The notes: generated by a model from the sequence alone, not told the origin. DNA of 64,000 nucleotides from Macrostomum lignano (GCA_002269645.1 NIVC01000672.1:186001-250000), one strand, 5' to 3'. Positions 13,234 to 28,171 are shown, numbered from the stretch's first letter. Numbers and translations are program-made.

Positions 13234-13687
13234 AGCCGAGTTCGACCAGCTTGTCAAGGACAGCCAAAGCGGAGAACTCGCAGGTGAGCAAAGCCCAGCA
13301 GTTCACCTGCTCATCAGCCTCCAGCCTCCTATCTCTACTATTTGCATAGCAGCAAATCTCAGCAGAAGATAACTAGGACTATAGCTAGCAGGCGGTGCAG
13401 GCCTCAGTCAGTTGCACAGCCAGTTGCATAGGCAAACATGAGCCCTCAGACAGGCCAGCTTGCATATTTAGCAGTGATTCCATCAGCTCCTGTGCGCTGT
13501 TAGGCAGCTTCCCAGGCTCTCTCTCGGTCCCGCTACTGCAGATGCGGGCTTTAGCGAAGCAGTTCACCGCTAGAGAAAATGATACAGCAGCAGCCGCAGT
13601 TTTCCAGTCGGGGCCAGTTCTTCCGCCTCAACCCCAGCCTTCAACAACGCGCCCTGCATTTTCAGACGACAGACGCGCCTGCAGCCG
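13234..13687 (+). other. Two candidate internal exons (13234-13283 and 13542-13687)
   Basis: ccttttgcAG...GCAG|GTGAGC and ctactgcAG|ATG...GCCG|GTGAGT. Joined frame reads PSSTSLSRTAKAENSQ-MRALAKQFTARENDTAAAAVFQSGPVLPPQPQPSTTRPAFSDDRRACS. No homology recognised. Confidence 0.35.
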
Positions 13688-13765
13688 GTGAGTCTCAGTG
13701 GCGGTGCTTCTCAACTGCATGGTTGCGGGGCGGTCTCGGTGTCTGCATTCGGTGGAATAAAATAT

Positions 13766-14820
13766 CGGCATCCCGGGATTGGAAACACCGGTAGTTGGAG
13801 ACCGGCATCCCGGGATTGGAAATGCCGGTAGTTGGAGACAGGCATCCCGGGATTGGAAACACCGGTAGTTGGAGACCGGCATCCTGGGATTGGAAACACC
13901 GGTAGTTAGAGACCGGCATCCCGGGATTGGAAATGCCGGTAGTTGGAGACCGGCACACCGGTAGTTGGAGACCGGCATCCTGGGATTGGAAACGCCGGTA
14001 GTTGGAGACCGGCATCCTGGGATTGGAAACACCGGTAGTTGGAGACCGGCATCCCGGGATTGGAAACACCGGTAGTTAGAGACCGGCATCCCGGGATTGG
14101 AAACACCGGTAGTTGGAGACCGGCATCCCGGGATTGGAAACACCGGTAGTTAGAGACCGGCATCTCGGGATTGGAAACACCGGTAGTTAGAGACCGGCAT
14201 CCTGGGATTGGAAACACCGGTAGTTGGAGACCGGCATCCCGGGATTGGAAACACCGGTAGTTGGAGACCGGCATCTCGGGATTGGAAACACCGGTAGTTG
14301 GAGACCGGCATCCTGGGATTGGAAACACCGGTAGTTGGAGACCGGCATCCCGGGATTGGAAACACCGGTAGTTGGAGACCGGCATCCTGGGATTGGAAAC
14401 ACCGGTAGTTGGAGACCGGCATCCCGGGATTGGAAACACCGGTAGTTGGAGACCGGCATCCCGGGATTGGAAACACCGGTAGTTAGAGACCGGCATCCTG
14501 GGATTGGAAACACCGGTAGTTGGAGACCGGCATCCTGGGATTGGAAACACCGGTAGTTGGAGACCGGCATCCCGGGATTGGAAACACCGGTAGTTGGAGA
14601 CCGGCATCCCGGGATTGGAAACACCGGTAGTTAGAGACCGGCATCCCGGGATTGGAAATGCCGGTAGTTAGAGACCGGCATCCTGGGATTGGAAACACCG
14701 GTAGTTAGAGACCGGCATCCCGGGATTGGAAACACCGGTAGTTGGAGACCGGCATCTCGGGATTGGAAACACCGGTAGTTGGAGACCGGCATCTCGGGAT
14801 TGGAAACGCCGGTAGTTGGA
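13766..14820 (+). repeat. 37-bp minisatellite ggcatcccgggattggaaacaccggtagttggagacc, ~28 copies
   Basis: Directly visible. Confidence 0.93.
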
Positions 14821-16176
14821 GATGATATAAGCGAAAAAATGACAAAAATAATGTTTTAATGGTCCCCCTCAACATGTATTTTGTGCTTGGGAATAGATCC
14901 CGGTTTTGGCAAAATTCCTGCTATTAATACCGGATCCCGTTATCAGCAAGGCCGGAATTCGCAATCGTAGCAGCGGAACAGCCAAATGCGCCAGGCAGAC
15001 AGACAGCCGAAATTGCACACGGCTAACACAAGCCAGTCCAAGAGTGAGTGCTGCACTTTTTGGCTACAGTTTTGTTATTCCAATCGAAGTGCTTTGGAAC
15101 GCGCAGAGGCCGTCTGCGTGACCTTATGCGAAACCTTCGGCTGTAAGGAATAAACAGCTAAAATAGACTTTAGTTCCTGGCAAAAAATAGGTTGCAGCAT
15201 AAGGACATCGGGGCCCCCACGCGGGTCCGATCCTCGATCCAAACTTATTTACCCAGATGCAATAAAAAGCAAGGGCTGACGCAATCTTTCAAGTGAGTAA
15301 ACTGAGCAGAAATTTGGCTTAGAAACAGCATAGCAACAGCTTGGCTGGGAGTCCCTTGCTCGAATGAGTGAACTTGCCCTGCAAAAACGAGCCGGGGTGG
15401 TGGCTGCGGGGTCGGCCAGCTGTTCTCAACTGGCCTCAGCTCTGCCCTGAGTAGCGCTGGCCTTCAAGGCTTTGCACTATTTTTGGGACAGGACAGATTG
15501 AAAAATCCGATGCCAAAACGCGGCTTTCACTACTGTTACACTCGCTATTAGTAGACAAATTCGGACATTATTTTAGTCCCATTAGGTGCCGGTAGATAAA
15601 TTGAGCACTTAAGTTTGCCAGTTCTGTGCAAACAGAGCGCAATTTTCATATCTCTACGCGTCTCCTTCTCTTTGTATTTGATGCAACGGGCAGGCCGGTG
15701 CACCCGACTGTCAGCGAGCAAAACGGGCTAGCGAGGTGTACGCAAGGAGGGCACTTGAGCTGCGAAAAGTGAGAGGGAGAGAGGGAGATAGGGAGCGAGA
15801 TGCCGTGTGAGCAGCGCTGCTTTGTGGGCTGAGCTGATGGAGCACACAATGAGCTCTGGCTGTTGCCGTTGCCAACGCCATCTTCGATAGTCTCCGACCC
15901 TCACCCACCTCCCCAGCCTGCCCGACTCTCCTCTCTCAGCCTGGCTGCCCCCCCCCCCCCCGGGGTGAACTGCTGCCGCATCAAAAGCAACAAGACGCTC
16001 TTTTTGCTCGCCAGTTTTTTCAAGCATCAAAACGCAGAGAAGAGAAACACAGAGTTATTTAATATGAAAGATTGCAACTGATAAAGAGCAGCGGAGAGCA
16101 GAGGAGAACAAGTGTACTCGGCGGGCAAGCCAATCGGATTCGAACTGAGCTGAGACTGGACAAACTCGGCTCAAAT

Positions 16177-19100
16177 ATGGCCGAGCGGCGCTCCCGAGCG
16201 CTGAGCAGGCTGAGAGCTGAGGAGCAGCTCAGGCGGAGAGAGTTCAGAAGCTTCGACGAGTTCGGAAGGACGATCCCGGAGATCATGGCCGAGGAGGAGG
16301 ACACGCCGAGGCAGCGAATGCGCATCGGCCTGCCTGCCGACTGTGAGGCACCGCGGCGGCTCTGGGGACTTCGGGGACCGAGCTGGGGATCTGGGGCGCT
16401 GCGGGACCTTGGGATCTGGGGATCTGGGGCGCTGCAGGACCCTGGGATCTGGGGATCTGGGGCGCTGCGGGACCCTGGGATCTGGGGATCTGGGGCGCTG
16501 CGGGACCCTGGGATCTGGAGATCTGGGGCGCTGCGGGACCCTGGGATCTGGGGATCTGGGGCGCTGCGGGACCCTGGGATCTGGGGATCTGGGACTCCCT
16601 GCTGTGTCAGAACCTGGCATTTGGGACTCTCATTCTGTCAGATTGTGACATTCGAGACTCTCATGCTGTCAGACCCTGTATTTGGGACTCTCATGCTGTC
16701 AGACCCTGGTATTTGGGACTCTCATGTTGCCATTTCGGCCTAATTTGTCACTTTTTAAGTGTATACGAGTGTACGCTCGAATATTTATCAAATCTGATAT
16801 CAGTTCAATTGTCATGATAAACTAAATGACCCTTATAGGAGCTTTGAGACTGCTCTAAAGTCTTATCAGGACTTCCAACAAAGAACCGTATCTGCCTTCC
16901 TTGCAGGGGTCACCCCCCGAGGTGAGGAGATCCAGCCCAAGGTGGATGCCTACAATGAGGATTACAAGCCTGGAGGAGGGAGTGTAAGCTAGCTAAAAAA
17001 TTATCATGGTGCATAAATTGGAATGTTTTTGAAAAGAAATCGTTAAATTCGAAGCTAAACATCGTTTCGTTGTCATTTCAGAGAAAGATTTTCCACGAAA
17101 AAGTGGAATTTCAGACTGAGAGCAAGATTAAATCGCTGGAGAACCAGGACTACCAACCAGGTGAGTTATGGCTGGTTGGAAAAGAGTAGTTCGTTTAGAA
17201 AATTTGAATTCTATGTCAATTTTTATTTTACGGACATCTCTACCTAAATAATAAAATTCATGGCACAGCTCGACTCATTGGTTTTATGAATCTATTTTAT
17301 CATAATTGCTACACATATTGTTACACAGTCAGCTAAGAATGACAGAATAGATTCATAAAACCAATGCGCCGAGCCGTGCCGGAGAATAAAATTCCTAATA
17401 GAATAGAATAGAATCCTAATTTTCTGAACGAAAAGCTCCATGAATATCAGTAGAGCAATAAGAAAGGCAAAACATATCAAAAGATGAGCATTGGTTCTGT
17501 CTCCTATCGAAGGCAATAACAATTTTAAAATGAAAAAGTGAAAACTTCCTATCTCCGTGGTGCATTTTTCGGCGAAAATCAGCCTCCTTAACATTTTCTA
17601 AGAAACGTAGTTTCCCGATCCCGTCCTACTTGAGTAGTCCTTGGCTAAAGGTTAGAAATGGGTTGGCATGTACATTTGAGAGGGAAGGAAATTCAATATT
17701 TAATGTACACTTGTTTACTGCTAGCTAACGGTAGGGTCGGTGGGATAGGGCTGAAAAGGACAGAGCTGGAATGTACATTTAAAAGGGAAGGAAATTCAAG
17801 ATTTACTGTACACTTGTTTACTGCTAGCTAACGGTAGGGTCGGTGGGATAGGGCTGAAAAGGACAGAGCTGGAATGTACATTTAAAAGGGAAGGAAATTC
17901 AAGATTTACTGTACACTTGTTTACTGCTAGCTAACGGTAGGGTCGGTGGGATAGGGCTGAAAAGGACAGAGCTGAAATGTACATTTAAAAGGGAAGGAAA
18001 TTCAAGATTTACTGTACACTTGTTTACTGCTTTCTCGTGATAGACCCTGGAGGCCCGGAAGAGGTAGAGTTAGCATGTATATTCGACTGCGATTCCAGCT
18101 AGATTTTCAACCCTCCAAAACTCAACCTGGCAGGCGGCGGCAACAAGCCCATCTTCAACGAGCGGCTGGAATTTCAGAAGGAGGCCAAGCCGAAGATTGG
18201 CTCGCTGGAGAATGCGGAGTACAGGCCCAGTGGAGGCGACAAGAAGGTAAAGATTGGAATGTTTTTTTAAATGTATAAATTTTATTTTTATATCAAAGCA
18301 GGCTTTGATTGATTTCCTGCTTAGTCTAATCAAAAACATTCAGTTTGAACGAGCTGTTCAGTCCCTGATATTCAACAAACTCTCGCGGCGGCTGTCAGGT
18401 GTTCCAGGAAGCGGTCCAGTGGCACGCGCACTCCAAGATCGGCTCCTTGGACAACGCCACCCACAAGCCCGGCGGGGGTGACAAAAAAGTACACCCCCAT
18501 GCATACTACTTATAGCGGAGTAGAACTCTCGATTTGATTTGTATCCAGTAGATATAGATAAACACAATAACACGATGAATAGGAGTTCCGTTTTTAGTTG
18601 TTAATAATCACCATAATTATTTTTAGAGTGTTACCATAGCAACAATTGATAGAAAATTAATAACCCGGTGACTGGGCCAACCAAATAACTGTAATTTAAA
18701 TTATTATAAAAACCAGAAGTAGCAAAAACTAATACGTTTGCTCATTAGTTCCCTGTGCGTTATATTTTTTTATGCAGTTGTTGTGTTTCGCAGTAGATCG
18801 TGTAGCCAATTCCTTTTAATTGTAGCGTAGTGAGAAAGAAAACATTTTTTATTGGGATTACTTTACCGGACACAAAAAATCTCGATCGAGGGTGCAGACA
18901 GCTCGCTGACAGGGTGGGCAACAACGCCTTTCGAATGGCCTGGCGTTTTTGCGAACTTAAGATTATTTAGTATTCAGGTCGTTGGGAAAATTCCCTTCAA
19001 ACTTATTCGTGAACTTATTTTTGCAAAACCCGGAAAAGTTTCTGCTGTTTTGAAGTCATTTTAAGAAAAGCATTCGTATATTTAAATTAAATAATTGCTA

Positions 19101-22100
19101 GAAAACTGAGTGAACAAATGGCTTTTTAAAAAATCTCTTCCTAAACGTATTTGTTTCCCGGTAAACTCGGAACTAATTTGACGGAAAACCTTGTCTTTGT
19201 TTGAACTCATTAGTTTCGTAGAAAACCCGCGAAAAATCGTAAATAACCCGAAAAAATGTCGTAATGAGAACTTGAGTTACGTGACAGTGTTTTACCAACG
19301 CATCGTTCCCTCTCGACTGCCTCGATGGCAGTTTGTGTACAGCGAGCGGCTTCGATGGACGGACAAGCCGGCCCTGAACACCAGGGAGAACATCGACTAC
19401 CAGAGCCGGCCGTCCAAAACGCGGGTGAGGCGTGCGGACCGCGCCAGCCCTGGGTTCGGTAGCCCTCAGCCCTGACGCTTTGCACCTTCTCACAAGTTGC
19501 TTCTCCCTGTTTGCCAATAATTCTGACAATATTTTTCACCCTATGCAGTCTTTGGCGCTTCTGTGACTCGAGAGTTTCTTTGGCCACTCTCACCAGCCAG
19601 CCAAGTTTCGAACAACACCCGCGTTTTGCTGTGCCGCTAACTAAAATGACACATTGATTTACCAGTTTCCATTCACTTATATCCTGGAAATAGTTCAGAA
19701 TCCTACTTTTCACCTTCCTAAATGCCTACCAAAAAACTCAGATTTTCAACGACCAGCTGGACTTCACGGACAGGGCGCAGCCAAAGGTCAGATCTCTGGA
19801 GAACAAGGACTACGAGCCCAGGCGGCCTGGAATTCGAGTGAGTTGGAGATCCGGGATCTAGGGATGCATCCGGGATGCAGTGAGCAGTGAAACTGAGGGA
19901 AGGAGTTTTGTTTTGAGGAACAGGCACACCACAACTTAATCATGCAGACACACTACAGACAGCTTAATCACACAGGCACACTACATACAGCTTAATCACA
20001 CAGGCACACTACATACAGCTTAATCACACAGGCACACTATAGCTTAATCACACAGGCACACTACATACAGCTTAATCACACAGGCACACTATAGCTTAAT
20101 CACACAGGCACACTACATACAGCTTAATCACACAGGCACACTACATACAGCTTAATCACACAGGCACACTATAGCTTAATCACACAGGCACACTACATAC
20201 AGCTTAATCACACAGGCACACTATAGCTTAATCACACAGGCACACTACATACAGCTTAATCACACAGGCACACTACATACAGCTTAATCACACAGGCACA
20301 CTACATACAGCTTAATCACACAGGCACACTACATACAGCTTAATCACACAGGCACACTACATACAGCTTAATCACACAGGCACACTACATACAGCTTAAT
20401 CACACAGGCACACTACATACAGCTTAATCACACAGGCACACTACATACAGCTTAATCACACAGGCACACTACATACAGCTTAATCACACAGGCACACTAC
20501 AGCTTAATCACACAGGCACACTACAGCTTAATCACACAGGCACACTATAGATTAATCACACAGGCACACAGTTTCAAGTCTGACTCACGGAGGTCGCAGG
20601 CGAGACCCTGGGGTGTTTGCCATTGTCATGTCATTGTAAAGTTTCTGAATAGAGCATCCGTCCTGCCCCGCTGCACAATCAGCAGTGCTCAGACAGCTGT
20701 CCCGACTGCCGCCTTCCGTTGCTGGTAAGCCTGAGTCCTCCTCCTAGCAACTGGATTGAGTGGAGGATTAAGGACCCCGGGTGTGGGCAACCGCATGAGT
20801 CAAACTCTGAGCACAGAAGTCAATCCCGCGCACTCTATGCACACAATATGAATGCTGTAACCTTTTCAGTTCACACACGGCAGATAGGGGCAGTTTTTGC
20901 TGAATAAAAATCTCCTTATCACATGTAAAATGCGCCCCCCATAAAAGTAGAAATTTGATGCAATCAGCTGTGTGTGAACTGAAAAACCCCGGCCTATTAA
21001 AATTAGGGTTTGGGGAGAGGTCGGCACTGCATGCTGTGGTTCAAAGGGCTCCCTGAGAGCGTGCTTTATGCCCCATCCGTCAAGCTTCTTCTTCAAATCT
21101 TCCACACTTCGACTCCGCGACCCCGAACCTCTGGAAGGTGTACCACGAGCGGCTGCCCTGGCTGGAGCACGACAGCAACCGGCCGAGGCTGCGCCGCGGC
21201 TCCGGGGACTTCGGCAGAGGTGGCGGCTTCGAGTCCAGGCGGGAATACGCGGAGGAGGTGGAGCAGCGGGCGCAGCGGCAAGACGGGGACGGCCGCGGGC
21301 AGCAGCGGCGGCAGCAGCGGCGAGCCAACAGCGAGGAGGCGGGCCAGCGGGCGGCCTTGCGCGAACGGCAGCGAGAGTTCGCGCAGCGGACGGCGGCCGA
21401 AGCGGCGGCCAAGCCGGCGGCCACGCGACACCGCCGGCTGCCGAACGAGCGGGACCCAAAGCAGGCCGATCCAGCGGCCGAGGCGGCGGCGGCGGACAGG
21501 AAGCGGCGCCAGCAGCAGCTGCAGGAAGAGAAGGAGAGGCGAGAGCAGCGGCAGCGACAACAGCAGGAGCAGCAGCAGAAGCAGCAGGAGCAGCAGCAGA
21601 AGCAGAGAGAGCAGCAGCGGCAACAGCAACAAAATTTGCAGCAGCAGAAGCAGCAGGAGCAGCAGAGGCAGAAGGAGCAGCGGGAGAAGGAGAAGAGGGA
21701 ACGGGAGCAGAGGCAGCAGCCTGGCAACAATTCACAGGCCGCACAAAAGCCATCCGGTGAAGCCAAATTGGCAGGTAATAAAAAATCTGCCGGAGCTGCT
21801 GAGGCAAAGCCGGGCGGCGGTATGGCTCAGCAGAAGCAAAAACAGCCGAAGCAGCAGCAGCAGAAGAAGAAGACTCCGCCGCAGCAAAAGCAGCCGCAGC
21901 GGGAGCCGGACGAGTGGGAGTACGCCAGGCACGAGTTCGACAAGCCCCGACAGGCCTCCCCAGAGAAGAAGAAGGCGGCGGACAAGGCGGGCAAGAAGCC
22001 GACGGATGAAGCAGCTTCGGTGCCGCCACTGGAGCTGCCGGCGCAGCAGCCGGAGGAGGCCGAGGCCGGCGCCGAGACGGGCAGGGGCGCCAAGGACCTG

Positions 22101-23070
22101 TACAAGACCGAGGGCTACGCCAGGCGCTTCGAGCTGGCCCCAGCCTCCGTCACCAACCGGTCGCTGATCCTGGCCCCGCTGGAGAACTACCGGCACGACT
22201 GGCACGAGGACGCTGATGTGAAGGTGCGCATGGACGGCGAGGGCCGCCTGGTGCTGAAGTCCAACCGGAAGGTGCCAACCCGCCTGCCCCGGGTGGCGGA
22301 GGCCGACCCGCCTGCCGCGGCGACCTACGTGTCGTCCATCTCCAAGAAGGAGCGGCCGCTCTACGACCCGAAGCCGAAGCTGGTGACCGGCGACGACCTC
22401 GGCCACCTGCTGCCCCGGCTGGAGAACCTGCTGGACAGCCCGGCCGCGCCCAAGAAGCACTACAGCCAGTACAGCCTGGACAAGCGGGCGGGCAAGCCGC
22501 CGGGCTACGGCGAGACCATGCGGCGCCAGCGGGAGCGCCACGGCTACCGGGTGAACCCCGAGGGCGAGCGGGTGGCGCTGATCAGCTCGGATGACTACAA
22601 CAACCAGTTCTACTCGGAGGTGCGGCTGCGCGACGCCCAGCTGGAGCCGCGGTCCACCGGCCAGTACGCCAGGAACTTTGAGCAGCAGCAGCAGCCGCCG
22701 GTGCAGCAGCCGCAGGCGCTGGCGCAGCAGGCCGAGCCGCAGCCCGACGAGCTGTCGGACCGCCTGCTGCTGCAGCCCTCCGAGCAGCTGCCGCACTACC
22801 GGCCGGACGGCGGCGAGTTGATCCAGCCAGCCACCACCTCCTCGCTGATGGACTTCGCCGACTATTACGGCGAAGACGCGGACGCGGCCACGGTGACGAA
22901 CTCCTCGCAGGCCGGCGGACGGGCGGCGCAGCGTCGGCAGCGCCGGTTCGTGAACTGGAAGCCGGGCGAGGTGCTGTACGCCACCGGCGCCGAGCGGCAG
23001 GCCGGAGGTCCCGCAGGCGGCGGCGACGGGGCCGCGGTAGCGGCTTACTCTGAGAAGCTCAAGAAGCAGC

Positions 23071-23122
<52 letters not shown>

Positions 23123-23252
23123 CTTCTCCGGCCTCCACGAGCACCGGAAGAACTGGTACCGCGACTACAACCAGCGAATGCTGGCCAGGGAGGGCAACGT
23201 TGAGAAAGTGTCCGAGCGGGACCTCCTGCACACCACCTACGAGCTCTACTGA
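16177..23252 (+). CDS. Tau/MAP2/MAP4-family microtubule-binding-repeat protein with long Q/E/R-rich C-terminal extension (942 aa, 8 exons)
   Basis: Exons 16177-16342, 16907-16983, 17082-17160, 18134-18246, 18399-18488, 19332-19424, 19742-19837, 21138-23252; GT-AG, phases 1,0,1,0,0,0,0 consistent. Repeats: IQPKVDAYNEDYKPGGG, TESKIKSLENQDYQPGGG, AKPKIGSLENAEYRPSGG, AHSKIGSLDNATHKPGGG, DKPALNTRENIDYQSRPS, AQPKVRSLENKDYEPRRP (cf. Tau SKIGSLDNITHVPGGG). Confidence 0.85.
16383..16725 (+). repeat. 33-bp GGGATCTGGGG-rich array (~6 copies) followed by a 30-bp array (~4 copies)
   Basis: Directly visible in intron 1 of the Tau-like gene. Confidence 0.85.
17667..18030 (+). repeat. 103-bp tandem repeat, ~3.5 copies
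   Basis: tacattt anchor at 17671, 17774, 17877, 17980. Confidence 0.9.
19935..20570 (+). repeat. 28-bp (24-bp variant) minisatellite cacacaggcacactacatacagcttaat
   Basis: Directly visible. Confidence 0.92.
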
Positions 23253-23676
23253 TGCCGTCCATCCCACAGCCCCACCGCCTCTTCCACAGAATGACTTCTC
23301 AAATACTTATTTTATTGCACTTTCTATTAGCACTTTTCTGCCCACCCTGCTGCGCACCAAACAGGTTTTATAATTATTTTTGCTTCATACCTGGCATGAT
23401 ACTACTTGTAGTTCATACAGTAGCAAGCTAAGAAATAGACACTGAATATATATTTTTGCACGCGGTGGCGAATTTTAATTTGGTACTCATTTTGCTACTC
23501 TGAATGAGTTTGATATTGAAACCGGTGCTGGAGCTCGTGTGAGCTGGTAATGACCACCTTTGAAGGACGGCTGCGGGCACCCTTCCGCAGCGCCTTCGGC
23601 GACATCGTCCAACAACCAGCGCTGAGGCAATTCTGCCCGTTCCGCTGACTCTTGAGCGACATACAAGCACGCCAAT

Positions 23677-23957
23677 ACTCACACACACTCACACACTCAC
23701 ACACACACACTCACACACTCACACACTCACACACACACACTCACACACTCACACTCACACACTCACACACACACACTCACACACTCACACACTCACACAC
23801 TCACACACACACACTCACACACTCACACTCACACACTCACACACACACACTCACACACTCACACACACACACTCACACACACACACTCACACACACACAC
23901 TCACACACACTCACACACACACACACTCACACACACACACACACACTCACACACACA
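23677..23957 (+). repeat. (CA)n/(CACT) microsatellite
   Basis: Directly visible. Confidence 0.95.
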
Positions 23958-24174
23958 GGGTTTACAGCAGCCCTGACTTTCTGTACACTCTCTGCGCATT
24001 GGGGGTTGGCCTTCACGGCTGTGAATCGCACGACAACCCCATAAATGAATCGAACCCGGGGTCCTCGTTTACCGCTGACGCTGAGTTACTCTGGCAACTG
24101 GTTTTGGGCTTATTGGGGTTTAAAGCGATTCGCCAGAGGCCGAAGGTAACAGATACGGAATTGCCTGAACTCCA

Positions 24175-24990
24175 AATCCCAATTTTAGTAGGGGATCAAT
24201 TTTTGTAGGGGATCCCAATTTTAGTAGGGAATCCCAATTTTAGTAGGGAATTCCAATTTTAGTAGGGAATCCCAATTTTAGTAGGAAATCCCAATTTTAG
24301 TAGGGAATTCCAATTTTAGTAGGGAATCTCAATTTTCGTAGGGAATTCCAATTTTAGTAGGAAATCCCAATTTTAGTAGGGAATTCCAATTTTAGTAGGG
24401 AATCCCAATTTTAGTCGAGAATCCCAATTTTAGTAGGGAATTCCAATTTTAGTAGGGATTTTAATAGGGAATCCCAATTTTAGTAGAGAATCCCAATTTT
24501 AGTAGGGAATCCCAATTTTAGTAGGGAATTCCAATTTTAGTTGGGAATTCCAATTTTAGTAGGGAATCCCAATTTTAGTAGGGAATCCAAATTTTAGTAG
24601 GAACTCCAATTTTAGTAGGGAATCCCAATTTAAGTAGGGAATCCAAATTTTAGTCGGGAATCCAAATTTTAGTTAGGAATTCCAATTTTAGTAGGGAATA
24701 CCAATTTTAGTAGGGAACCCCAATTTTAGGAGGGAATCCCAATACAATAGGGAATACCAATCCAATAGGGAATACCAATCCAATAGGGAATCCCAATCCA
24801 ATAGGGAATCAAAATTCAATAGGGAATCCCAATCCAATAGGGAATCCCAATCCAATAGGGAATCAAAATTCAATAGGGAATCCCAATCCAATAGGGAATC
24901 CCAATCCAATAGGGAATCCAAATCCAAAAGAGAATCCCAATCCAATAGGGAATCCAAATCCAAAAGAGAATCCCAATCCAATAGGGAATC
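24175..24990 (+). repeat. 19-bp aatcccaattttagtaggg array grading into an 18-bp ccaatccaatagggaatc array
   Basis: Directly visible; the two units are related. Confidence 0.9.
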
Positions 24991-25417
24991 CTGCTTGAAA
25001 CTAAACCCTTTCATGCATGTAAAACTGCTTTCAGGAAACTGAAATCGACTGAAGCCGGGATGAAGCCGGGAGGCTGAGCTGGTTGACTCTAACTTGATAT
25101 TGGATATTTTTCCTGGCAAAACTCCTACTCAAATAAAAGACTCAAGCTTCCGAATGCTTTTAGAATGCCGACAAATTAAACATAACTACTCGCAGTAGAA
25201 CTTCTGAGTTAGTTCCTCTTCATGTATATTTACTGCTGAAAAACTGCTCAGATCTTTTGCTCATCACTGACTCTGGCGTTTGCCATGAACCGCAATATGA
25301 TCAGCGCGGGGCATGAGATAAGAAGGGAAAGTTTGCTTTAATACAGTGCACTGGCGGGATAAGGAAGTTTGCGTAGCTTTTCTAACTAAATTGAAAATGG
25401 GCCACAGATCCCCAGAT

Positions 25418-25548
25418 CCCCAGCCGCTGGGCTAGCCTCCCAGATCCCCAGTTGCTGGGCCAGCCTCCCAGATCCCCAGTTGCTGGGCCAACCTCCCAGA
25501 TCCCCAGTTACTGGGGCCAACCTCCCAGATCCCCAGTTGCTGGGCCAA
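25418..25548 (+). repeat. Short 28-bp cccagatccccagttgctgggccagcct array
   Basis: Same unit as 61105-62030. Confidence 0.85.
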
Positions 25549-25669
25549 CGCCGAGGGGGGTCAGAGGTCAGATAAGAAAAAATTCCAGATGCGTCAGACA
25601 AAAGCTAATTGCTCATCTCAAGCTGTTAATAGCGTGGGGAAAACTTTCCCACTGGTCCAGCAGATGCAG

Positions 25670-27676
<2,007 letters not shown>

Positions 27677-28171
27677 GACTCCGTTTGAGCTGACTTGATT
27701 GAGCTCAGTTGGGATTCGGATTAACGGGAAACAGATAGGCCTCATGCAGATGGATTAGTATATAAGCATTCTTGGTTGCTACGGTAACTAGCTACCAAAG
27801 AGCTAATGGGATGGTAGACTGCTTATTAAGAACAGTTTTCCAGAATCCACAGGGATACTAATCATCCAATTTTCTAATCCGGCTGCCAGTGCCTCCGGTG
27901 TTCCAGCTGCCAAGCTGTCAATTTGTTCCCAGTATTGCAGCTGTTGAGGCTGCTCAAATATCAAATGAAACTCCACCTGCTTGCCTGCAAGACCTCCTTT
28001 GTTTGCGCCCCGAGCAGCTAACTACCTTTGAGCACAGTGTTGAGTGTTCTTGAGATTGCTGCAGACTTGACAAAGCGCGTCAATAAAGTTCTTCTGTAGA
28101 CTGCGAATTGGGGAGCTCAGACTCAGAGCTCAGAGCTCAGATACAAGCGTTTGAGGCAATTCTCGGGGCTG

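Noticed and set aside
21732-23267. 511-aa minus-strand ORF; also 41621-42373, 41640-42416 and 25589-26581
   Set aside because: Antisense or alternative frames of GC3-rich exons (Tau-like exon 8, SERBP1 exon 2, FReD exon 4).
23487-23710. Short minus-strand ORFs downstream of the Tau-like stop
   Set aside because: No homology and no partner exons; likely 3' UTR or intergenic.
24040-24110. tRNA/SINE-like B box (GGTTCGATTC, minus strand) with weak A box; similar boxes near 2268 and 3079
   Set aside because: A-B spacing too short, no cloverleaf, and no second copy in the window.
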